Below are positions 10,862 to 22,425 of a stretch of 64,000 nucleotides of DNA, piece by piece; positions within the stretch are counted from its first letter, which is position 1; each line of letters begins with the position of its first letter. The notes below the pieces were generated by a model. The model worked only from the letters and a program-made list of their open reading frames with translations, made no database searches and was not told where the DNA came from. The DNA is from Ascidiella aspersa. Lineage: Eukaryota. The translations under genes and the position numbers were made by a program. The stretch covers positions 23,808,001 to 23,872,000 of the forward strand of contig OZ004611.1 in NCBI GenBank assembly GCA_963924565.1. The letters are read 5' to 3'.

Positions 10862-13800
10862 TCACTTTGGGGCCCCACAGTCGATGTACATTTGAAGAGG
10901 TGTGTGCTGGTAGTCGCTGTAAGGCGAGGCCGTTGGGCCTTCTTGGCAGTTGGTTCGGTACCACCAGCCGCCTTTGTTAGAGGCAGCACAGCCGCTGAAA
11001 TGGAAAACGCGGAGAGTCAATAACTATACAGCTAGTAAAAGCAAGTGTGAATCAAAGCCTTAAAATCACAAATAAAACTTTACGTTTAACATATTTAAGA
11101 CGTGAATGAAAAGTATTTTGAAGATTCTTTGGCGTTTTGATAAGCATATTGTGTCAGCTCAAAAGTAAATGTGGAATTAAAACGTTCAAAGGTCTCATGC
11201 TTTTAGGCCTAATTTTGTTTTAGTGTGAAGAAGCTTTTTGTTACCCCATGTTGTTAACCTATATTGTTTTGTTTCTATAAATTTACTTTACATTGAATCG
11301 CTGTGTTAGCTTAAAAATCATGCCTTTTTTTGTTAATTTGGTATCGTAATCCCAGTACCGATAGTCCGATACCAATACTTATCATCAGGTAACAGCTACG
11401 AGTTGATATTATCGGACTCCACTAATACGCATCGTAAGCCAGTTTTAAAAATTATGTTTACCCAAAACGTCTACCCGTTTTAAGGATCGGAAAATTAAGT
11501 AAACCAGCGATAAAACCAACATATTTTTAACTTTATTTACCTTTATTTATTTACAAGAGTCATGTATAATTTTAAACAACAGTTTAGATCAGCGTTTCTC
11601 AATTGATGCGCCGTGGAAGGTGGCCAGGTGCGCCGCGAGAAAATGGGGAAAAAATGTTACAAAAATTCTGTATTATTTGTAGAATTTGCGAATAATTTTA
11701 GAATAAACTCTAGTCACTATTTTCTGTGAACAAACACTGAGCAATATGACTGGATTCGTAGCCCTTATTGAAGTCCCATTGGATGTTGGCTCTTCGCTAG
11801 CAAAGAAAGAGGAACTATTGCAACATATCTAGCGGGGCTTTCGCCATAAGACCGCAAATAAAACAACAGCAACTTCGGCATAAAAAACAGTTCGGAGTAA
11901 GACCAAAATAGGACTAATACCTAATACCCGTAATAGCGTTTAAATCAAAATAAGACCTAAATTCGTCCGAATAAGGCCTAAATGGCAAGAATAAGGCCTT
12001 TGCAACCTTTTACTTAACTCCAAACCCCACCCATAACTTCAACACAAACTCCCCCAATAATTTTAACCATAACCCAAATTCTAATTCTACCCATTACTCG
12101 CGCCTAACCCCAAACAGAGGCAAACAATCCCGTGTGTTTTCATAATTTACAACAAGAAGGGCCTACTTCATTTGTTTTCTTTCTCTTTAGGCATGTCTTA
12201 TTGAGCACATCGTATTTTATAGCAGGTCTGTGGAGTCGGGAGTCATATTTGGGACTCGAAGTACCGTAATCGATTTGTTTTGCTGAAATTGGACTGTCCC
12301 GAGTCCGACGTGCGCAGTACCAATTTTAAAACTAATAATGCCGCCAAATGCAAATTAAAAAGGCGAAATAGCATATGGTGGATATTTTCCAGCAATGTAT
12401 TGTGGTTGGATGAGATATATGACACCCCTATGACGTTTTGAAAAGGTTTACAAGTGCGCCCTGGGGTGAAAAAGTTTGAGAAACACTGGTTTAGATTGAG
12501 AAAAAAATAGGTCCGTTATGCCCTTCACGTTTTGTTCATATCTCAAACACGGAAATCCGCTACACGCGAGGCGCGAAATAAAAACAATCGTCATTTCGGC
12601 CAAACTTTCACTCTCGCGTACCATGTATGTGGGGCTATGTAGCTAAAATATTTCCTTAAAGCGTGCTACAATATACTAGAACGTCAAATAACATGCGATC
12701 GAAGTGCTAAATTAAGTTGCTAATACGCAGTTCAAATAGGCAAAATGTATAAATTGGAGGAGGTCAAGGGTCTCGTGGGTTTTATGCATAACAATCAAGT
12801 TAAGATATCCACATTATACAGCGAAACGGACAGCATAGGAGGCATTAAAATCACTACAGCAGGACTGAAATTAGAATATTTTATTTTCTGCAAAATTTAT
12901 TTTACCGGTACACTGTCCCGGTGGCATTACTTTTAGCAGAACACCGTTCCGGACTATTGCAACTTACTTTTACAACCGCTATACAGAACATTAAATGTAT
13001 TTTTTCATAAAAGGTCTCTGCGTTGAATTATTTTGAAAAATGCTACAGTCTACACAGTACTGTTTAAGTTCAGTAATAATAACCTTCGTATGAATACCGC
13101 CTTACCCGCTACTGTCGCTGTCGCGGGTGAAGAAGGAAACCGAGGCTCGTCTTGGAAAGTCGAAGAAGTCATTGCGATGAACATGTCCCGTTTTGGTGAA
13201 AGTGCTAAACCGCGCCTCGTAATTGTTGCCAGCGTTGCCCACCGTAAAGTCGCTTTAAAAAAGTAATCCGCCTTTGCATAACCAAAACTGGTAGCCCACA
13301 TCATTTCACTTTAAGGTAAATACCGTTAAAAACACTTTATTAGTTTTCTTCATTGTGCATGGGTACTTTCATGAATCTCAAATTAGAGCTAATTATATCA
13401 ATTTCCAAATATTAAATCTAAGTCCCAGTCCAAGTAATTAGCTACCCTAACAAAACAAAAAATCCATACGAATTACCTAAAATGCTTACTAAAGATCTAA
13501 AGATTTGTATAAGGCAAGTCATTTGACTTGAGTGCACCTACGTCAGGTCATTGACATCATTGCAACACAGCAAAATAATGTACGATGCCACCTGATCGGA
13601 CCTTGATCATGTACCTATAAAGTATAAATTTTACCACATAAAATAAGCTTTGGTTGATTGCTAGTTTCAGGAGTAGTTGGGGTTATTAAATATTTGGCAC
13701 GTGAATTAGCACTGATAGCCTTAAATAGTTAAAGTGGTTTGCAATGTTAGAAGCTATTCCAGATGCTTTCAACACGTAATTTTTTAGTTTAACTGTTTTT

Positions 13801-16800
13801 AGTTTTGTTTATTGTCGAACGATGTTAATAAGACATGTTTTTTTGTGCACACGTCAAAACTTTCTTTCAACCTAAATATTATTTTAAGCAAAAGTAACAT
13901 ATTAACTATATAGTTACCTAAATGCGAAATAGTTCGATGAACAGCTGTCATAGCAAGTCGTAACTGTACAGGCATCGTAGTAAGTTGTAAGTTCATTTAA
14001 GTACTTCAAACCTGTTGGGAAAGAATTTTATTTAAAAAGCGCACAAATGTGTTCGGAAAACTAAATAAAAAATGTCGAAAGTTGGGTTTATATTTTACTA
14101 ATCGGGCACCATGGTGTGAAAACCATTAACTTGCACTAAGTTTTATTTCGGTTCGTTTTCAAAGTTTAATGTTTAAGTTTAAATATCAAATCGGTTTAAA
14201 TTGAATGAAGACTGTTTTTTTATTTGAGACATATTTTGCTTCTTATACATAAATGTTTTTTACAGTCGCCGCTCCACAGGCGAATAAAGCTGTTTTGATT
14301 TTCGATATTCGATATTTCATCAGAAGTGTTGTGTAAGCAAGGCGATAAATTACTAGCCTGTGGTGACGTGTAATTCTACAGACCCGGCCATAGCGGAACC
14401 TTCACTATTTTGACTGAGCTACGCAAGCTCAGTGATTTAGGTGGTCAAAAATACCATAGCACTGCAGGTCGACAGATTTCTGACACCGAGTGCATTCGGT
14501 GTATATAATAATTTTGTGTGACTTTACTTGGGCAGAATAACACAATAAATACACATGTGTTTTTAATTACGTCGTAATTATTGTCAAATAAGCAGTACTG
14601 ATAAAATGTAACCTTGAAAATGTAGTGTACACTTTAAATGGTTGAGCCAAAAATTTACCTTAACTTTAGGAAACGTAGTTATCTTTGTTGTGAAAATAGT
14701 ACTATTTTGTAAGAAATAGCTTTCAAGATGGAAAACGCTGAGTTACAATGGAAAACCTTGACTGAAACGTATATGGTGTTTGTAACCTGGGTTTTTGCAT
14801 TTTTTTTTATATATAACCCGAAACCCGGTTTATAAATTTATGGAAACCCGTTTTATATTTTTGAAAAGACTATAAAGTGTTTATGTTGGAATTGGCTCGG
14901 ATGAATGCTATATATACTGCTCGTTATTTGCTTACTGCTGTGTCATAACATATTCATCGCGATTGTCGCAAACAAACAAACAAAAAATTCGGCACTTCTA
15001 CACTTAGGCCACACACAGTGGCGTAGCCAGCCGAAAATTTCAGGGGGGAGGGGGGCAAAACGTTTGAAGTTTTTTTATTTAGCTTTTGCCATAGTGTTAA
15101 CTGCCGTATTGAACACAATTAATAGCAAACCGTTACTAGCAGCAACTGACCGAGTTTTAACGCAGTACTCAAAATCCATTTAAAGAGTAAAACCAAAATG
15201 ACTATATAAAGTAGTAAGAGTACATTAATAAGTATAGCAAACGTAATAATGTCTATATCGTTTGTGACGTAACAGTGCACGACAATTGAAGGTGTGGCAT
15301 GCCTGTGATCGACTGTTGTGGTTATGCTCACAAATGCGAAAAAACAAATTACTAAGAGTAAAATATTTATAATTTTTGTTTTTTTAGGGCGAGCTATGTG
15401 CGGATGGTGACGTGTCGACTAGACATGAACCAATATAACGAAAATTAGTCAAGAAGTGAGATTTTTGCAACAAACTAAATATGAACATTTCGTTAGTAAA
15501 ACACAAGGTGTTTCATAGTACATATCGAGTCGATTATTGAGAAAAAATTACATTTTTTTTAAACCCGTTGTTTGCTGACGCTTACCCGAAACCAGGGTTT
15601 TAAAATTTAGCCCCGAATATCACTATACTGAAAACCACAATGTGCACAATCGCAAATTGACAAAGCATAGCTTAAGCCGCTTGTGATTACTTAGGAAACC
15701 TCGTTAAACGGTAGAGAACCACAGCGCCTACCGAGAAAAAACTCGTTTTTTGTGTTTCCAAAGCCGTGTTCATAGTCCTTCAGGTTGCGGTCGAAGCTGA
15801 GCTGACTGCCGTCTCGGAAAAAGAACAGCTGGAAAGGTAAAGGCGAATTTACATCAGACCTCACATTCTCCTGTCATATTTGCCAAAGCGATTTTTACTG
15901 CTTGTTTAATATGGGTCAATTCGACAAATTTGAATTCGAGTATGTGATTAAAAGATTTGGTGACTCTGTTGCTCTGTGAAAATCTTTAGCTTCAAGATTC
16001 CTGAAAATTTTCCACCGAGAAAACCTGTATATTAGGCATCTTACGTATAAGTCGCCGGTTCCTGATTAAAGTACGAGTAAATGATACAATGGAGAATTTA
16101 CGTGATGACTTGAGTATATGGTTAATATTTTATTTGCCAAAACGCATAGTTTTCCATATCGCCTGAAGCGTTATTCTTTCCAGGTATGTTTGACAGGTGT
16201 AGGGTGTTTACCCGGAAAACAAAGTAGTTTAATTCTATATATAATTAGCAATAAATGTATTCGCAATCGAGCGAGCCGGACAAATAGCCAATAAACACTT
16301 TTGGGAACTATTTACCCGGCCTACAAAGCTAATTTATTAGATTAGAGAATTAATCACGGAAATAATGCAAATTAGGCAAACTAAATTAAAATAACCACAT
16401 ACCCAACCCAAACGCTAACCCCCAACCATAATCAAACTAATGTTTAATCAATAATAAGTGTATGCTGTCTACCCTATAGCGAACCGGGCATAATGGTCAA
16501 ACCCCATTTGGTATTGGACTACAGTGTTTTGCGGAACACGCGACCTACCTTTGAAAATGTTTCTTACCGTTTCGTCGTGATTAGCTACAGGAACGAACTC
16601 AAAGTAGTTGCAGTTGCTTGCTTCGCAGCAGTATAAACACGATCGACTCTGAAACGTTTATAAATGTGCCGTTTTGTTTTGCTGCTGGCTTATGTAGGAC
16701 CTCGGCATAATTAATCTAGTTAAAACGCGGGAAGATTTCTACGAGTTCATAAAACTACCATTTCTGCATTGCCTTCAGAAGATGTTTGATTTCGAAATTA

Positions 16801-19800
16801 TTGATTTACCGACGTTGGTTTTATTACAGAAAGTGATAATGCAATCTAATTAAGTTTTTTAAAATAAATTTAGTCGTTTAAATCTGGCTACAGTATATTT
16901 TAGGCATCTGTCGCGGAAAGCCAGTGTACATATTACCAGTATTGTAATGACTTGAGTCATTAAGTTGACTGAAGTGCACTTATGTCACTGTTTTTTTTAA
17001 GTATTTTGACCAAAAGACTTGACTTGGTCTTGTCATTTTGTCAAATATCTTGGGAATAAATTAAATGTCATTAAAATTTTTCTTAAGTGTTGCCCATTAA
17101 ACACTTTCGTTGCTATATATTGTGTCTGTGTTATTGTTTAGTTAAATTGCTGCCTATAATTGGACGAGTTCACCAATTTTAATAGTTTTACGTTTACTTT
17201 TTTGTCAATGACATGATTTAAAATTGAGTTGCTCTCATAATGATTTGACTGAGACTTGACTTAGGCAATCGATAACTTGGAATGGCACTTGACTTGTTAT
17301 TTTTGTAAAATCCTGACCTTAAGTCAAATCCTGGACTTAAGTTATTTTTCAAATGACCTGATTGGAACTTAAGTCATTTCAAAATGACTTGTATACAACA
17401 CTGCATATTACAATATAAACATTAGTAAAATGAACACTCAGCTATAATTATACAACACTCTTTAAGTACCGGATCCGCGCCTCCGCCGCTCATAGCACAG
17501 TCATCTTCGTCATTTTCGTTATGGTCCGTGCAGGTTGACCGAGCGGTACACCTCTTGGTCACAGTATAACGACGACCGTGTTCCTCGATCTTTGTCAAAC
17601 ATGCGTCCTGCCGCAAAATATTTTCTCCACCATAGGGATGTGTGATAATATCGATTACTAGCCGATACCCAATGCAAAGTCGAGTTATCGTAAACTCAGA
17701 TGGAATCAGTGCATATACCCCCTTTAAAATTAATATGTGCGTTTCTGTCGTGGTTTAAAATCCTCCGCAATGATTTTCTTCTCTTAATTTACAACTTACA
17801 AATCTTACATTTGCACACATTTTAATCAATTAATGACGTCATCTGGATTTGGATAAAACGAATTCAAGCTTAAAAAATTAGGCTTTGGAACAAATCATTT
17901 TTGTTATTATTTGTCTTCCAACGGACATGTTATTCGATCAGAAGGCCTTAGTTGGCGATGGCGAAAAAGGGCGTGTAAGTTTACACCGAAATGGATTGCA
18001 CTGGTAACAACTACGTTCATTATTTCCCAGTTTTGTCCTCTAGCAAGATCATTTATACCGAGTCTCTCGTCAATTTGTGAAGCTGACGTCCTCACCAATT
18101 TAAATGCTTTTGGTTGATGGATATTTCTAGGTTTGGAAAGTATTTTTCCAAATATTTCCAAGATTATTTGTAGTTCTTAGAACAAAATAGGTTTTAAAAA
18201 TGTATCCCGCTATATGGCTAACCTCATTATGTCGACCTATTTTTAGTTGAATTTGCTAAAAGTGATGATGTCCTACTGAGAGATGATTTGTACTGTGGCG
18301 ACTCTATGCACGCAGTCTCCCTCCAGCATAATTGCTGGCGTACAACAGCTCGAGGGTGACCAAATCAACGTCAAATTCGAGTTACCACACTGCAGATAAC
18401 GTGGCGTATATTTGACTTTTTTCTTGCGTACCTTTTCGTCGTTGTTACTAGTGTACATGTTAAACACCAGTGGTCGAAAAACTGTGGGCCGCGAGTTACT
18501 TTTGAATAGTTTAGTGTTATAATGAAGTTGTGGGCCGCGTGATAGCTATACATTCATTGCACTTTGTTTTAAAAGTTTGTGTAACATAGAATTTTTAAAT
18601 TAGCCCAGCTTGGAAAGGCCTTCTGAGCATTCTGAGAGCTTAAACTGTATGTAATTGAAATTTTTTTCACCCGCCATTCTTCGTTTTATACTAAATTTTA
18701 CATTATGATATGGCAGTGTTTTGGCCATAAAGGCTCCGTGTAATATTTCACCTTAACATCAAATGTCCTGAATCTGCCACTGTTTTAGTAGTCATTTTAC
18801 GTATTGGGTCTTCAGTAGCTCTAAAAAGAGTACTTTGGGCCGCGACCAAAAAGGTTTGCCGACCACTGTTATACGCGCTTCTGTGAGCGCTTCGTACAAT
18901 CATCATCGCTATAGTACAAATTTAATCGTCAATCTGCGCCCTTACTTGGTGCGGCAGGCATTCCGTTGATGGGAACTCCATCTCCTCGAATCGTTGGCCC
19001 ACTCCCACGTGACAGTAATGGTTTGTTGCGTCACGCGCAAAGTCCAGCAAATCAGAAGACCCGTCCTGCAATTGCTCTGGCGAATTGGCATCCTCTTCAA
19101 CTGAGAAACAAATATCGTTAATGAATGTGCTGTACTTGCCAGGCATTGTTTTAGTTGTACAATTGCTCTTTCGGCAAAATTTTAATAAAGTGCCAACGTT
19201 TCGACCAGTGCAATATGATTGCAACTAAAGGCGAAAACTGTACATATATAAAAAAATACATATATATATATATATATACCAAGCAAAAAGTAAAATAAAA
19301 ACCACAATGAAACACGTGGTATATAGGCTATATATGTGTGTTTTCGCCTTTAGTTGCAATTATATTGCCCTCAAAAAGATTACCCGAATAGGTGGTCGAA
19401 ACGTTGGCACTTCATTAAAATTTGGCCGGACGAAAATTGTACAATCGAAATATGGATAAACTATAAGTTGAGAGACCGTATTTCCGTTTGAAAGCACCGA
19501 TACAAGAGGATCTGGGCAATCTGTTTTAAACAATCGCAGTCTGAATCCAATAGCCGATAATAAAGTAGAGTTCGAATTCACCAAAATTAACCTCTCTCCT
19601 CGAGGCCCATATCCGACTCCGATTCCGTATAGCCTTGTTACACCTATTCGTGTAGCACAAAACAGGATGGTTATGCAGAATTTACTAGGATTTTGATACA
19701 ACTCATATAACTTGAGTGGAAAAAGTGCCACCTAACGTAGAGTGTACAAATCGTTCACCAGCTGCTATTTTACCTTAACGATTTACAGTGTGCGATCTTA

Positions 19801-20538
19801 TTGGTTTCAAACTTCACTACTAAAGCGCATTTCGGAGTCGCAAGACTCGAGTCCCGTGTCGCAAATTCGACTCTATAGCCTAATAAACCGGTTTGGTTAA
19901 GTCCCGGGTCCAGAACCAACAGTTAACTGTACCGTTACGAAACTAATGGTCAGTTTTTTTTAAGTTTATATAATAATCGTGATAATTAGAACCAAGACAG
20001 TTACTCGTCAAGATGTATTTTTGTTTTTTTAAATCAAACGGTGAACGCATTTAGCTTTCAATTTCAATTCAAAACAAATACTCTGAAAAGCTTGATATAT
20101 ATATACTTTAGGTAGGGTTTAAACTTGTCAAGTTTTTTAAATTAAAATAATTAAAAACTTCAAAACCGAATTTCGAGGCCCCTGGACGTTGAGGCCTTAG
20201 GCTTCAGCCTGCCTAGCCTATTGGTAAATCCGGCCATGATTAGATTCCACAAATCTCCCAACGTCGACTTTTTGTAGGATTGTACAATATGATAATGATT
20301 GATGGACTCCCACGTAAGATATTGGGTAAAATCCTAATTACTTAAATTAAACTAAACCTATATCAGACTCGACACCATGTTCTGGTTACAAGAGATTTTC
20401 ATAAAACTATGAAACTAACGCTAAAAGGATTACTAGCATTTTTTAAATATTGTAAACTATACCTTGTAATAATGGGCCAGCAGCAGACAACTTCAAAACG
20501 CTAAGAGCGGCCAACGAGAAGAGAAAAGTCGCTTTCAT
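10862..20538 (-). CDS. Secreted Ly6/uPAR (three-finger) domain + fibrinogen C-terminal (FReD) domain protein, 306 aa
   Basis: Exons 20538-20463, 19100-18946, 17607-17470, 16648-16568, 15828-15732, 14011-13918, 13252-13106, 10994-10862 (921 nt, all phases match). Signal peptide MKATFLFSLAALSVLKLSAA. LU-type Cys pattern ending SCLYCCEASNCN. FReD motifs RDGSQLSFDRNLKDYEHGFGNTKNEFFLGL, DFTVGNAGNNY, FFTRDSD and CAASNKGGWWYRTNC. Confidence 0.85.
11590..12488. mobile_element. hAT-family non-autonomous element with nested repeats
   Basis: TIRs CAGCGTTTCTCAA / TTGAGAAACACTG. Perfect TSD GTTTAGAT (11582-11589, 12489-12496). Contains fragments of two other repeat families (about 11845-12110 and 12223-12430). 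Confidence 0.8.
16937..17403. mobile_element. hAT-like MITE (TGACTT-rich family), complete copy
   Basis: TIRs CAGTATTGTA / TACAACACTG. 8-bp TSD CATATTAC on both sides. Confidence 0.8.
18468..18868. mobile_element. hAT-like MITE
   Basis: Termini CAGTGGTCG / CGACCACTG with subterminal TGGGCCGCG motifs. TSD is degenerate (TTAAACAC / TTATACGC). Confidence 0.6.
19155..19444. repeat. Foldback / long inverted repeat
   Basis: About 19155-19250 (AAGTGCCAACGTTTCGACCA, TTGCAACTAAAGGCGAAAAC) is the reverse complement of about 19330-19444 (GTTTTCGCCTTTAGTTGCAA, TGGTCGAAACGTTGGCACTT). The centre is a (TA)n spacer. Confidence 0.75.
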
Positions 20539-22367
20539 ATTTTGTAATTTATTTTCAGTTATTATACTTTTCAATAAACAAAAAACGTTTGGAAAAAAGT
20601 GATATTAATGAATGCTTTAGTATGGCATATTTTAAACAAACTGAAAGAAACAATTAGTAAAATCAAGATAACGTTTTACGAAAAATTCAACTCATTATAC
20701 ATAGTCCGACGCAACCACTCCTTTAAACTGTCGAAAAAAACTAGCATAAACATTGCGAGTCCAATACGAGCATTATGATAAATTTTGTTTCCTTAGAAAT
20801 TAGTTTTTTTTTTATAAATTGCCAACGGAAGGATCTTGACTCAAAATTGTACTTCGACTTACCTTTTGTATCATTGACATCCGGGCGGCAAAGCGCAATG
20901 CTATCCACGTATAGGTTTGTAGATTAAAAATTCACCAAGCTATGCACAGCAAAGCCTAATGTAGCAAAATAACCTTAATCGAAATTGGTCAAAGCGAAAA
21001 AGATGATGCGAGTGCAGTTCACATTCGCGAAACACAATGTTTATACACTTATGTAGCGTCGGGCGCAATATTCAATTTAAATAAACCACTCTGCCATAAT
21101 CTGCGGTTTCCATTGTTTTGCTTGCTTTAAATATAGCAGCGACAATACTGTATCGGATCATTACATCATAACATCCAAATATGTTACGTCAATATCGGAT
21201 TATACAGCGCCGTTCCAAATTTGAATAATCGTGGATGTTAGTTTCTGGAGTCTGTAAACCAGCGACGCAGACATAACTAAGTTATAGTGAATACCACATT
21301 ATGTATTTCACTGGCTCTAAATTTAAGCTAATTGCGTCACGATAGTGCAGAGTCGTTGAAGAGTAATAATTTTAAGGGATTGCTCTCTTACAGACTTTGT
21401 ATAAATTTACACGTCGAAACTGGCATTTTTTCTGTCGTAAGAGCGTTGCAAGCATTGCGTTTTAGTGCATTATGCCCAAACAAATATAACACTGCATTGC
21501 CTTAACTTATTGTCCCCTCAACCCTTATAGCAACCTGCTGCAAGGTGAATAGACCCGCTAGTGGATTTCTTTAGGTTATAACAAACAAATAAACTACAAA
21601 TTAACTGTGCTTCATATTTGCAAACTAAGAAGACCATCTCCTTATTACAAAAACAATTAGTCTACATCAAGACGCTTAGTAATAGGCCACAAATTAAATC
21701 TAAAATATCTACAATGCATCTCTCGGTACCCTTAATCATCGCAAAGGGTAGCCCATTTGTAAATTATAAATTTAAGCGTTCGGAAAAAATATGTAACTTT
21801 TTGACTGGGTCCGTTTCATCAAAAAAAGAAAATTCTATTATTGTAATGGCAAATGAAAGTTACCTTCTTTAAACCCTTTTGCAAGGTCAATATAAGTTTG
21901 TTAATCACTGTGGTGCTGTTGTAAACATAAAGGTGAAACTGCTTTGTGCTGGGTTAAGGGCAGTGGTTTAAATGTGGCGCAAAATCAAAGTTTCCAAGCA
22001 CTATGTAAACGCACAAAGCCAACAGCACTGTGACCGGTAATTTCAGCTTATCAGTGTTTCCTCATTACAGCACTAATAGAGTGGTGTCAGACGCGTAATT
22101 TAAGTTAAATGCAAATTAATGCCCGCGCTAGAAGCGCAAAAGCGAGTGAAACAATCGAATTGACACACCCTGCTGACAAGGATTACCGGCAGAGGCTAAA
22201 TTAGGACAAGGTTTCGGTCTGTCTGGACGTAGCATTGCTGTACTAATAATTGTATTTTATTTTATGGTAATTCATTTCAAAGGCAATGCTATCTTTAGAA
22301 AACCGCTAACGAAAGGTGGTGGACTTTTGCCTAATTTCACTATAACAGATAGCGCGTTTGTTTCACA

Positions 22368-22373
22368 TATAAA
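22368..22373 (+). promoter_or_regulatory. Candidate TATA box of the serpin gene
   Basis: TATAAA starting 58 nt upstream of the serpin ATG (22426). Based on position only. Confidence 0.3.
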
Positions 22374-22425
22374 CACGACGCGAAGCATGTAGCTTTACTT
22401 CAGAAAAATTCTAGCGACCTCAGCG

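Noticed and set aside
12906-12978. Candidate extra exon of the Ly6-FReD gene (ag...gtaaaa)
   Set aside because: It has an in-frame TAG in the required phase, and exons 13106 and 10994 join correctly without it.
13033-13304. ORF-track proteins 13033-13266 (+) and 13050-13304 (-)
   Set aside because: Wrong frames. The real exon (13252-13106, minus) is in another frame and encodes FReD motifs.
17900-18420. Coding-like stretches possibly derived from a decayed LINE
   Set aside because: No diagnostic reverse transcriptase or endonuclease motif could be identified by eye; this needs a BLASTX or Dfam search.
19360-19731. 123-aa minus-strand ORF
   Set aside because: It overlaps the foldback repeat, has no recognisable motif and has a non-ATG start; it is intronic.
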